From NCBI GenBank assembly GCA_965644315.1, contig CBFFRQ010000057.1, positions 496,001 to 560,000 on the forward strand: a stretch of DNA of 64,000 nucleotides, in the 5' to 3' direction. Below the pieces are notes generated by a model. It was not told the origin of the DNA. It searched no databases and saw only the letters and a list, made by a program, of their open reading frames with translations. The stretch is from Caecitellus pseudoparvulus (taxonomy: Eukaryota; Protista; Bigyra: Bicosoecida). Position numbers and translations under genes: made by a program. Position 1 is the stretch's first letter, and each line of letters opens with the position of its first letter. Positions 12,338 to 22,229 of the stretch are shown piece by piece.

Positions 12338-15300
12338 CTACTTGCGCTTGGCAGCGGCCATGGCAGCTTGTGCTGCTAGGGCAGCGCCCATTCCTCCCGC
12401 CGGGCCAGGCCCTCGCTTGGGGGTGGTCTTCTTGCCACTTGCACTGGCTGCTGCGGCTGCTGTGCCGCCACTGCCCCCGCCCTTGTCCTCCTTCTTCCGC
12501 AGCTCAGCAACCTCCCGCGCGCCACGCTGCAGCTTGCGTCCAAAGTCCGCCAAGATCGCGAAGAACCCGTCGCTGTCCATCTTCTTGGGGTCTTCGCCAT
12601 ACCCTCGCACGACAGCCACGAGCAGAGCGCGCAAGCTGCTCACCTGCTTGAACACTGACCCAAGTGCCTCCTCCGCATCCTCCACGAACGGCTGCACAAC
12701 CTCCGGCAACTTGTCCTCAGCAGGGTGCCCTCCTGCCTTGCGCGCAGCCTGGACGCTGTCCACCACCTTGGACGTAGCCTTCAGCGCCGCCCGCAGCTGC
12801 TCAGCATCCCCTGCCAGGTTCCCGAGGGACGCATCCCCCACGGCACGCACGATCCCCAGGCTGCGCAGCACTGCTGCCAGCAGGGACAGCCCTTCCCCAC
12901 CGGCAGCCTGGGACAGGTCTGCGAGGGAGGGCGTGCACTTGGACAGCGCCATGGGCGGCACCTTGTCCATCTTCAGCACAGCCTTGAGAGGGTCTGCGTC
13001 ACCGCCCTCAACTGTCGGCAGCGGGCGTAGCTTGTACTCGTCTGCGCTGGCAGCAGTGAGGCTGCACAGGTGCTCTGCCAGGAAATGCATGAGTGTGCGA
13101 CTAGGGTCGTTGGACTTGATGGATGCCATCTTGGCGAGGGAGTCTAACTTGAACCCGTACGCGCTGCCGCGTGAGGTGGAGGCATTCATGTAGTTGCCCA
13201 GCTTCAGCACCAGGCGCAGCAGCTCCAGGAACGCCGGCGAGCACGCCACCTCCCGCACAGCCGCCTGCACCGTCCCCAGGCCCTCCCCGATCTTCGGGAT
13301 GGCCGTGTCGAATGCACGCATGGTGCCGAGGCAGGACAGGCGGCCTTGCAGCTGGGGCAGCGTGGACAGCTGGTACATGAACATGTCCAGCTTCGGCATC
13401 TTGGCGTCGGGGGCCTTGTTGGCGATGGCGTCCTGCAGCATGATGGCTTCCTCAGACGTTGGCATGAGCGAACCCAGCACGCCACACAGCTCGCTGCCCA
13501 GCTTCGCAGAGTCCATGGCAAAGGCAGCCTCCTTGAGCTGCGCGAAGGTCAGGCGCACTCTGGCCACCGCGATGCCGCAGTTTTGCTGCCGCTTCCCGTC
13601 CAGCACAGACACCATCTTTGGCTTGCCGCTGGGCTTGCTGCTGGCGCTGCCCTTGGCTTTGTCTGTTGCTGCTGGTGCGGCCTCTCTCGAAAACAGCTCC
13701 ACGAGCTGAGAACCTGCCACCTCCACCCCCTCGTCATCGATGCCTTCAAAAATGGTGTTGTCAATCTTCTTGTCAGGGATCTTCGTCCAGAAGAAGGGTT
13801 TCATGTCCTTCTCTGGGACCTCTGCCTTCTTCACAGGGCGCTTCCGGGTTGACTTCTTGCTTCCCGGACCCGACACGCCTGGCCCTGCGACACCTGGCCC
13901 TTTCACTTTCACACCTCCTGCTCCTGCCGGTCGCGGGCCTGCTCCTGCCGGTCGTGGACCTGCTCCTGCCGGACGCGGACCAGCGCCGCCAGGCCGTGGG
14001 CCAGCACTGCCACCAGGCCGTGGGCCAGCACTACCACCAGGCCGTGGGCCAGCACTGCCACCAGGCCGAGGACCAGCGCCACCAGGCCGTGGGCCAGCAC
14101 TGCCACCAGGCCGAGGACCAGCGCCACCAGGCCGTGGGCCAGCACTGCCACCAGGCCGTGGGCCAGCACTGCCACCAGGCCGTGGGCCAGCACTGCCACC
14201 AGGCCGTGGGCCAGCACTGCCACCGGGTCGAGGACCAGCGCCACCAGGCCGTGGGCCAGCACTGCCACCGGGTCGAGGACCAGCGCCACCAGGCCGTGGG
14301 CCAGCACTGCCACTCGGTTGCGCAGCAGAGCCGCTTGATTGTGCTGCAGTAGCGGCTGCCAGCTGTGCTTTCAGCTCAGCAACCTGCTTCTTGAGAGCAG
14401 CTTCAGCCTCAGACACAGCCGGCTGCGGTGATGGAACAGGTGCTGCTGCAAGTTGCTCTTTCAAGGCCTTCACTTCCGCTTGCAGTTCCTGCACTTGGCT
14501 GGCTGCCTCTGCCGCTTGCGTTGACGCTTCACTTTCAGCGGCTGCCTCTGCGGCTTGCGTTGACGTTTCGCTTTCAGCGGCTGCCTCTGCCGCTTGCGCC
14601 TTTGCCTGCTCCAGAGCGGCCTGTTGCTCAGCGAGCTCGGCCCGCAGAGCATCACTTGCCTTCCCAGCAGCTTCAAGTTGCTCTTGGAGCTGCTGCAAGT
14701 CAGCTGCAGCGGAGGCGGCACTTGTCTCTGAGGCAGCCTTGGCCTGTGTGGCTTCGAGCAGCGACTCGTGCAGTGACTCCACCTGCTGCTTCAAGGTGGA
14801 GTTCTCAGCGATCAGGTTGGCGTTGGCCACCTTGTCACTGGCACCTGCTGGCCTAGCGGCCACTGTGCCGCGACGCACCACGACCTGGGCTGCATCTGCC
14901 GCTGCCTCAGCGGCCGCCGCCCGCTGCTCGGCATCCGCTGCAGTCTCCGCGGCCGCCTCCGCCTCCTCCACTGCCGCCTGGGCCGCTGCCTCCGCCTCCG
15001 CCTGCGCTTGCTGCGCGGAAGCCAGGGCAGCCTCCAGCTCCTCCACACGTGCCTGCAGCTCCTCTGCTTCTGACTGGCCCGAGGCAGCCTCCAGCTCCTC
15101 CACCCTCCTTCGCGACGCCTGCAGCATGGGGCGCAGGGCTTCCAACTCCTCCTTCAACTCATCAAACTCCGCTTGGCTAGGCCCACTGGAAGCGGCAGTC
15201 GCCGGTGCAGGGGAGGCTGGCGCGGGAGGTGGGCTGGAGGGCGGCGGCAGCACGCTCCCCTCGTCGGCTGCAGCAGGCGGAGGGGCGGCCTCGTCACCGG

Positions 15301-15922
15301 CTGCGCCGTCGCTGTCTTCCCCGCCCTCTGCCACGGATGCAGGACGAGGCGTGGTGCGAGTGCCGTCTCCGAGGCGCCGCATGGCCTGCGCCTGGCTGGA
15401 GGCGAGGGTCATGGCCAGCGACTCCCGGCGTTTCCACGTGGACTTCGTGTGGCGGGCCCGCGCCTTGTCCTCCACGGACATGCCCTTGCCTAGGCCAGCA
15501 CCAGAACGAAGGCTCGGCTTGGACAGTTCTTGCTGTGCCTCGACGCGTGCCTTGAGCGCGGAGATCCACGCCAGTAGCTCCTCCCTGTCCCGCGTTGCAG
15601 TGCTGAGGGTGAAGGTGCGAACTGGAGTGGTCAAGTCAAAGGCCAGGCCCGGGGGGTTCTTCGCCTCTTTGTTCTCTTCCACTGACAACACGATGGTGAG
15701 GTCAATGGAGCCGGTGGGTGCCCCTGCCACCTCCGTTTCGCTCTTGTAGTATGCCAGCACATCGTCTGCTGGGTCCAGCACAAACCACCGCTTCTGGTAG
15801 TGCGCGCTCTTGTTGAAGACTCCCTTCATAGCCTTGCCGAAGGACGCCACGCCACGCATGAGAGACCGCTCTTTGTCTGTGTCTGTCGCACGGGGTGCTC
15901 GCTTGAACAGATAGCCCTGCAT
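12338..15922 (-). CDS. Formin: N-terminal PH domain, coiled coil, atypical FH1-position repeat, FH2 domain
   Basis: PH: MQGYLFKR...QKRWFVL...LAYYKSE...W ISAL. FH2: KPFFWTKI, LDGKRQQNCGI, LKLGNYMN, AYGFKLDSL, TLMHFL. Confidence 0.92.
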   Translation of the reverse strand: MQGYLFKRAPRATDTDKERSLMRGVASFGKAMKGVFNKSAHYQKRWFVLDPADDVLAYYKSETEVAGAPTGSIDLTIVLSVEENKEAKNPPGLAFDLTTPVRTFTLSTATRDREELLAWISALKARVEAQQELSKPSLRSGAGLGKGMSVEDKARARHTKSTWKRRESLAMTLASSQAQAMRRLGDGTRTTPRPASVAEGGEDSDGAAGDEAAPPPAAADEGSVLPPPSSPPPAPASPAPATAASSGPSQAEFDELKEELEALRPMLQASRRRVEELEAASGQSEAEELQARVEELEAALASAQQAQAEAEAAAQAAVEEAEAAAETAADAEQRAAAAEAAADAAQVVVRRGTVAARPAGASDKVANANLIAENSTLKQQVESLHESLLEATQAKAASETSAASAAADLQQLQEQLEAAGKASDALRAELAEQQAALEQAKAQAAEAAAESETSTQAAEAAAESEASTQAAEAASQVQELQAEVKALKEQLAAAPVPSPQPAVSEAEAALKKQVAELKAQLAAATAAQSSGSAAQPSGSAGPRPGGAGPRPGGSAGPRPGGAGPRPGGSAGPRPGGSAGPRPGGSAGPRPGGSAGPRPGGAGPRPGGSAGPRPGGAGPRPGGSAGPRPGGSAGPRPGGSAGPRPGGAGPRPAGAGPRPAGAGPRPAGAGGVKVKGPGVAGPGVSGPGSKKSTRKRPVKKAEVPEKDMKPFFWTKIPDKKIDNTIFEGIDDEGVEVAGSQLVELFSREAAPAATDKAKGSASSKPSGKPKMVSVLDGKRQQNCGIAVARVRLTFAQLKEAAFAMDSAKLGSELCGVLGSLMPTSEEAIMLQDAIANKAPDAKMPKLDMFMYQLSTLPQLQGRLSCLGTMRAFDTAIPKIGEGLGTVQAAVREVACSPAFLELLRLVLKLGNYMNASTSRGSAYGFKLDSLAKMASIKSNDPSRTLMHFLAEHLCSLTAASADEYKLRPLPTVEGGDADPLKAVLKMDKVPPMALSKCTPSLADLSQAAGGEGLSLLAAVLRSLGIVRAVGDASLGNLAGDAEQLRAALKATSKVVDSVQAARKAGGHPAEDKLPEVVQPFVEDAEEALGSVFKQVSSLRALLVAVVRGYGEDPKKMDSDGFFAILADFGRKLQRGAREVAELRKKEDKGGGSGGTAAAAASASGKKTTPKRGPGPAGGMGAALAAQAAMAAAKRK
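13925..14312 (-). repeat. Coding tandem repeat of 21/24-bp units, 17 x (G/A)G(S)AGPRP
   Basis: Tandem ccaggccgtgggccagcactgcca / ccaggccgaggaccagcgcca units are directly visible. Confidence 0.95.
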
Positions 15923-16420
15923 GATCAGCGGAGTGAGCGGGTGGGCAGTGCTTGAAGGCTGACGAAGTGGACGAAGCGGCCTAGTGCCCTGCGGAGGCGT
16001 CAGCGCACCTGCAGCATGCCACGCTGTGCCATCATTGCAAAAGGCTGCTTCATCTCGAACTGGGCGGACTTCGTCCTCGTTGAAGGCCCGTCAGACGCCA
16101 TGGCGAAGTACACAAGCCCTGGACACCTTCACCACGCCTACTCAAGGTTGCCTGCGCCTCGACACAACCGCGCTGGCTGCCGTCCTGCAAGGTACAGACC
16201 AAGCCAATGACACACCCTCTATCCGAAGAGAGCGTGGGGAGTTGGATTTTGCGTGGACCTGCGGGTCTGCGTCAGTCCCGCCGGGTTTGGCTCTGGCCCA
16301 GCGTGCTGCTTCGCCTGGCGAGTGCCAAACCTCCCCGAGCGGCTGCAGCCCCTGCCTCACCCACACAGCCCTGGATACCAGCACAAGGCAAGTGAATCAA
16401 GCATGAACAGCCTGGCCGCC

Positions 16421-16993
16421 TCAGTACCCTGCCCGGGCCGCTGCTGCCCGCCTGTGCTCCCTGCTGCTCCCGCCTGCCTTGGCACGCCGCACTCTGCCCC
16501 GTGTCGCTGCAGCCTGCTGCCCGCCGCGGGCCTTCTTGCGCTGCCCAGGAACTGCCTGCCCTGCTGCCTTGCGGCGAGAGACATATGGAGCAGCGCTCAT
16601 GTGCTGCACCTTGCGCAGCCCGGTGCCCTGGTTGTCCTGGCTGGGGCTGGGGGCCCCGGCTGACAGGCCAGTCAGCGGCGCAGAAGGGCCGTTGGCAGCT
16701 TCCAGGTGTTTCTGCAGGGCAATGTAGGGAGATGCCTGGTACTGGGCCAATGAGGCGATGTTGGCCAGCCGGCTGGCTTCAGAGGCTGCAGCAGCTCGCA
16801 GCGCCTTGGATGCGTTGCGAGGAGCCTTCAAGGGAACAGCCACCTTGCCGTCGCCAGTGCCGAGGGCAGCCGCGACAGCCTGCATGGCATCTTCCATGGA
16901 CGTTGTCTGTGTGTCTTGCTTGCCTTTGGCAGCTCCTAGCATGGCCTGCTTGCGCAGGGTGCGAGCGTGCCTCCGCCGAGCAGCGTTGCTCAT
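16421..16993 (-). CDS. Small basic protein, possibly ribosome biogenesis factor Slx9/FAM207A-like
   Basis: Basic ORF containing 'EASRLANIASLAQYQASPYIALQKHL', similar to the Slx9 C-terminal 'E...F..V.....FQ..P...I..HL' motif. The match is weak. Confidence 0.45.
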   Translation of the reverse strand: MSNAARRRHARTLRKQAMLGAAKGKQDTQTTSMEDAMQAVAAALGTGDGKVAVPLKAPRNASKALRAAAASEASRLANIASLAQYQASPYIALQKHLEAANGPSAPLTGLSAGAPSPSQDNQGTGLRKVQHMSAAPYVSRRKAAGQAVPGQRKKARGGQQAAATRGRVRRAKAGGSSREHRRAAAARAGY

Positions 16994-17593
16994 TCTTGTG
17001 AACCCCGAGTCTGCACCGCGCAACCGAGCAACACACATGCAAAGGCGCAGACGACGGCAGCGCTGCTAACGGCGCACCTGCTTCAATGCCTGCCCCATTC
17101 GTGGAGGCTGGCGGGGCCCTGACGCGCTGCCGCTCACGGACGTCCTTCGGCATGTCCAGCAAAATGTTCCAATTTCCGCACACAACACAAGTGGTGGTCG
17201 AGTGGGCGATGCGGTGCCTGGGGCAACTTCCCGTGCATGTGGTAGTGACACTCCACGTGGACTGAGTTTTTGGGCGCTCACTTGGCGCTAAGGGTTTGTG
17301 TCTGGGGACGAGCCCCCCCCCCCTGCGAAGGATTGGCACAGGTTGACTGCACAGCTTCTCCACTTCACACGAGCAGGCACCAGTTCGACAAAAACAAGAG
17401 TGCAAAAAGCAGTATTGGTTTTGCTTTATGCGCACTGGCACACGCCTTTTCATGTCGTGGGCTTTGCACAACCAGGCACTACAGATCAAGCGTTTCTCCG
17501 CCGGCTTAGTGCTCCACCACGCCAGAATCTGCGGACCCGCCGCGCCAGAAGCTGAGGGAGCTGTTGTGGACCCTTCAACTCAGTAGTTTCAAT

Positions 17594-18389
17594 ATGCTTG
17601 GGTGGCTGATGGGGTGCGTTGAACTCCCGAACAGCCAAGTCTTGTTGGCCGCACGTCCCTCCACTTTGACTGGCTCTCCCCGTCCGCAGCACCAGCTCAG
17701 ACAAAAACAAAACCTACAAGCCCCTGAAGCACCACAAGCAAGGAACCAAGCGGTTTGACTTGCACAAGACTGCAGTCCAGACCTTGGGTTCCGGGGACAT
17801 GCGCCTGGCCGTGCAGCGGCCAGAGGGCGAGGATGAGCACGAGTGGATGGCGGTGCACACTGTGGACTGCTACAATGAGTTGAGCCTGCTGGTGGGCGCC
17901 ATTGTGGAGCAGTTGACGGAGGACCGCTTCCCCAAGATGCGAGTGAAGGGCAACGAGTACCGGTGGGCAGACTCGCAGCACCCCACCCCCATCGCTGTGT
18001 CAGCGCCAGCCTACTTTGACTACGTGCTGACTTGGGTGCAGGCCAACATCAATGACGAGGCCATTTTCCCCGTGTCCGTGGACGTGTCCTTCCCTGCGAA
18101 CTTCAAAGAGACGGTGTCCTCCATGTTCCGTCGCATGTTCCGGCTGTACGCCTTCCTCTACGACCAGCTGTACGACGACTTCAAGGCCATCATGGTGGAC
18201 GGCCCCGAGGGCGACCAAGCCCCTGCCAGTGCACACCTGAACACCTGCTTCAAGCACTTTCTGTACTTCACCCTGGAATTCGACTTGGTGTCTGACGAGG
18301 AGCTGTCCGTCATGCAGGACCTCATCGACGCCATCCTCGCGAAGGACGGCATGTCTGTCTCCACCGCAGCGGCTGCAGCTGGCACCTGA
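17594..18389 (+). CDS. MOB1: MOB kinase activator (MOB1-like); exons 17594-17613, 17690-18389
   Basis: KTYKP, TLGSGDMRLAV..PEGEDEHEWMAVHTVD, EYRWAD, SAPAYFDYVLTW, AHLNTCFKHF..F..EFDLV. The intron 17614-17689 splices in phase. Confidence 0.93.
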
Positions 18390-18428
18390 CCCCCACCCTG
18401 AAATGCACATGCGTGGCAGAGGCGGGCC

Positions 18429-19550
18429 TCACCCACTAGCCCCGGAGCGCTCTTTTTTGCCAGTGGCCATTGCTTGAGCAAGCCTCTGCTGGCCTCGGAG
18501 CGCGGCTTGGGCGGCTTCTCGCATTGCAGCCGAATCACTGCCTGCCGCCTGCGCCGCAGGAACCAAGAACGCCCCCGCCTCACCTTGCACGACGACAGAG
18601 CCGGCATCCTGCAGGACTTGAAGTTTGGCCTTGTCGGCACCCCACGCTACCCTTGCTGTGGACTGCTTCATGGTCGCGTCTGCTTCGTCCAGAAATGCAC
18701 GAAGCTCAGCGGCTGCGCTGGCTGCCTGCCCTGCCATGTGGTGCCCAGACGCTGCTGCGGCGCTGAACAGGCGCAGTGCTGCAGAGTAGTCCAGCTGCAC
18801 GCCTTGTCCGTGGAGGTGCATGGTGCCGAGGAAGTACTGCGAGCCGCCATGCCCGTGCTGCTCAACCGCTTGCGAAAACAGCGCAGCCGCAGCCTCGTGA
18901 CTCTGCTCCACGCCCCGCCCATACGCTTTCAACAAGCCCAGATGATACAATGACTCGGCGTGCCCGAGTCGTGCAGCCTTGGCATACGCCTCGGCCGCAC
19001 CAGCCCAATCAGCTGTACCTCCCAGCCCGTACTCCTGCATCAGCCCGAGGTAGTGCCAGCCTTGCCCAGCGCCGCCCTCCCCTGCCTCGCGAAACACCGC
19101 CCGAGCTTGTACGTGGAGAGGGCTTCCTGCTGTTTTCGAACCCTCACGGTAAAGCAACTCCCCGTACCGCCAAGCAGCCTCTGCACTGCCAGCATCCGCA
19201 GCGGCTTTCAACCACGCTTTCGCGGCGGCTGATGACCCAGCCTGCTGCAAGATCATGCCAAGGTTACCTGCAGCAAGGGCATGGCCCTGATCTGCAGCTT
19301 TTCGAAACCATTGCGTGGCCTCATGTGGCTTGGCTGTCACTCCATGCCCGTAGAACAGTGCGACACCGTACATGTACTGGGCCTCTGCGTTGCCAGCCAG
19401 CGCAGCGTGGTGCAGACTGAAAATGCGCTCGGATGAGACACCCTCCAGCCCCAGCGTGGTGTCAGGCAACAAAGGCTGTGCGCTGAGTGCGCTACTGCGA
19501 CAGCACAGCACCGCCATGCAGCCCCAAGCGAGAAACAAGCGGTGCATCAT
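18429..19550 (-). CDS. Secreted/ER Sel1-like repeat protein
   Basis: Hydrophobic N-terminal signal followed by repeated 'A..G...AQ..LG.....G.GV' units. Confidence 0.85.
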   Translation of the reverse strand: MMHRLFLAWGCMAVLCCRSSALSAQPLLPDTTLGLEGVSSERIFSLHHAALAGNAEAQYMYGVALFYGHGVTAKPHEATQWFRKAADQGHALAAGNLGMILQQAGSSAAAKAWLKAAADAGSAEAAWRYGELLYREGSKTAGSPLHVQARAVFREAGEGGAGQGWHYLGLMQEYGLGGTADWAGAAEAYAKAARLGHAESLYHLGLLKAYGRGVEQSHEAAAALFSQAVEQHGHGGSQYFLGTMHLHGQGVQLDYSAALRLFSAAAASGHHMAGQAASAAAELRAFLDEADATMKQSTARVAWGADKAKLQVLQDAGSVVVQGEAGAFLVPAAQAAGSDSAAMREAAQAALRGQQRLAQAMATGKKERSGASG

Positions 19551-19702
19551 CCCGCTGCAGCTGCGGAAATCGGACCCGGCGCCTCAAACACCCCAACCAA
19601 TGCAAGCAAGGAAAGGCGCCTGGAAGCCCCGGTGTCCCTTCAGTGTCGGTCATGTGAGCGATCAGCGCCACGCGGCGGCATGTGTGAATTGCACAGCCAG
19701 GC

Positions 19703-20676
19703 TCAAGCCAGGTGCTTGCCAAAGAAGCCCAGCAGGTGGCCCCAGGCGGCATTGATGGCAGTGGGGTTGTGGGAAGGACGCCCAAGCTTCTCATTCAGCT
19801 CCTTGCCAACTGGCGTGGAGTTCATGAAGCCATGCCCCACACCTTCGTGAGAAACCAGCTCGAACTCCACGCCGGCCTTCTCCAGCTTGCCCTTGAGGGT
19901 CTCCACAGCAGTGGGGTCTGAGAACCCCTGCAGGTCATCCTCACTGCCGAACTGACCCAGGACAGGGACCTTGATGGTGGACACGTCGGCAAGTCCGTCG
20001 GGCGGAGTTCCATAGAAGGGTGCGGAAGCCACGATGTCGGGGCACAGGGTGGCACTGGCCAGGGCCAGCGCGCCGCCCATGCAGAAACCAGTCACGCCCA
20101 CCTTCTCCGCTCCACCCTCCTTCAGGTGCTTGGCAGCACCGGCAATCTGTAGAAAGCGCGCAGTGTCGGCGGCCGTGGCGGGTTGGCCGTGCGTGCACTT
20201 GGCGGGGTGGAAACACGTACGTCCTGTACGGCGCCAGGCCAGTCCAGCCCTGTCATGGTGTGCTCCGCCTCCTTCGCATCGAGGGTCAACTTGCCCCTGT
20301 ACAGGTCTGGAATGAGCACTCGGTAGCCTGCATGGGACAAGGCGAATCAGTCCAAGTGCGGCACGAGGCTTGTGCAGGCGGGCAGCCCAACCTCCGCACC
20401 TTGCTGGGCGATGTAGTCTGCCTGCGCCTTGCAGTCATCGGTGACTCCCCACCATTCCTGGATGACAATCACCGCCCCCTTGGCGTCTGTGCTGCCGAAA
20501 GCAAGTCCAGGCACTTCCGTGCTGCCATCTGGGCGGGTCCATGTCACTGCCGTCCCTGCAGCGGCTTCTGTTGCCGGCACTGTCGTGCTTGACGCTGCCA
20601 TGGCTCCTTTGGGAATGTGGCACAGGAAGCAGCGGGAGGAGGCTCGGACGAAGCGGGCTGAGCTGGATGCGAGCAT
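19703..20676 (-). CDS. Dienelactone hydrolase / carboxymethylenebutenolidase family (3 exons), possible mitochondrial presequence
   Basis: VIQEWWG, PDLYRG, GVTGFCMGG (Cys nucleophile), PFYG, GHGFMN. Confidence 0.9.
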
Positions 20677-21099
20677 ATTCGGCAGTGCATCGACGTGGTC
20701 AGGGGTCGTCAGTATGGGTCAGTTGGTTTGAATTTGCCTGGAAACTTGCACGGACTTTGACCCATGGACCACACCAAGAAAGGAGAGGGCAGTCATTTCA
20801 GCAAACGCCAAGCCTGGAACACGCAGGACCTTCACAGCTCAAACTGCGCGGCTCTGCCAGCACTCGTGGTCCCTCTCCCAGCCGCCCCAAGTGAGAGCGC
20901 CAGCCCGGTGACTTCGTGCCAGACGCAACAAAGTCCGCTACCGACACGCCTTCAACCTGCAAGCACCGTGCACAACGATCGCTGTTTCTGCCACGTGCAG
21001 CATGCTCCCTGCTCGTTGGGGTCTTACCGCGCTGGGCCCACGCCCTTGACGAGCGGGTCCGAGCAGGCCATGGGGAGCATTGTCGCCCACAGCGCTTGG

Positions 21100-21618
21100 C
21101 CACACTTGGTTCAACACGTCAAAGCACAAGCGCCTTCAAGATCACTTGTCGAGCCTCGCGTGCTTTGGGCTGCACGAGCTCACTCCCCACTGACCTGGCA
21201 CCAGCTTCCCCCCTGTCCGCCTCGCGGAAGCACCAAAAGGCACCTGTGCAGGTCCTGCACCCACCGCTAGCCAAAGTGGAGTTTCGGGGCGCTCATCCGT
21301 GGTTGCGACTGCATCGGCTCCAGCATCAAGAAGCACTTTCACCGCCGGTGCGCAACAATGCCGCACAGCCCACTGCAACATAGTGGCCCCTGCTCGCACG
21401 CCCTGAGCGCAGCCGGCAGGGTCTCGCTCGACAATGAGTCTGATCACCTCTTCCTCTGATCTGCTTTCCAATGAAGATTACAAGATGCCCAGAAGCTTGG
21501 GCGTGTCTGCAGGGAGGCAGAGCGCCTGCAGGGTTGCGTGAAGGCTGGCCTTGTCGCTCAGATCTGCACCAGCCTCTGGACTCTTGGCTGCAGCAGCAGC
21601 GGTTGTGGCTCTCTCCAT
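21100..21618 (-). pseudogene. Ankyrin-repeat gene fragment, probably disrupted
   Basis: Ankyrin-like TMLQWAVRHCCAPAVKVLLDAGAD and ETPLWLAV. There is an in-frame TAA at 21478-21480 just upstream, no ATG in the exon and no clean downstream continuation. Confidence 0.4.
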
Positions 21619-22229
21619 GTTTGATTACTGATGCACTTCTAGCAAGCTCGTCGGCATGAGGGTAGCCTCCTCCACGCGGCCTTCGCTCTTTATATGGCGG
21701 TGGTGTCTCAGTGTTTGGCGTGGTGCGGATTTTGAGCCAGCGACAGGCAGCTCCACTTGCTGTGACGCGTCAACAAGAGTGCACCGTAAAGACTCGGTGA
21801 ACCTCGAATCGCAGGGTGTTTTGACTGCTGGCTTTGCACGTGGGGCGACCGGGGGGGGGAATATTGGAGCCAAGCTCCTCGAGTCAGACTGCACACGAGA
21901 CTGGCAAGCATGCAGGCATAGACGTCCGCAGCTTGCAGGTTCAGCTGGTGTAGAGAGCTGTCCAAGTTAACCATGATGCCGTATGCGTGCTGCTACGCTT
22001 TGGAGTAGGCCTCTTCCGAAGCGACACTGCTGTCGTCTCTTCACATCACGTAGGTAGGGCAAGCAGTTGACGTAACCAAGTGCAACATCGCGCTTACCTC
22101 ACAACCAATGCCCTCTGAATGACCTTGCCGCCCTGTCGCCTCCCCACCTGCCGCCAGCAGTGCTGCATCGGGTGCCTCGTGTGCCTGGCCAAGGTTTGTC
22201 GCAAAATCCTAGCTCCACAATCGCCAACC

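Noticed and set aside
13925-14312. Tandem repeat as a possible CRISPR array
   Set aside because: There are no unique spacers, the units are multiples of 3 inside a formin CDS, and the context is eukaryotic with no cas genes.
13740-15749. Long antisense ORFs (e.g. 13740-15749 +, 6376-8067 -, 42510-44015 +, 7925-9391 -)
   Set aside because: These are shadow frames of GC-rich real genes and show no motifs.
15984-16406. Short + strand ORFs between the formin and the Slx9-like gene
   Set aside because: No recognisable motif and no convincing splice model; a small gene cannot be excluded.
17040-17490. Cys-rich minus-strand ORF (TCVVCG) as an Rpp21-like zinc ribbon
   Set aside because: Only one CxxC is convincing, and the AT-richer composition fits a divergent promoter region.
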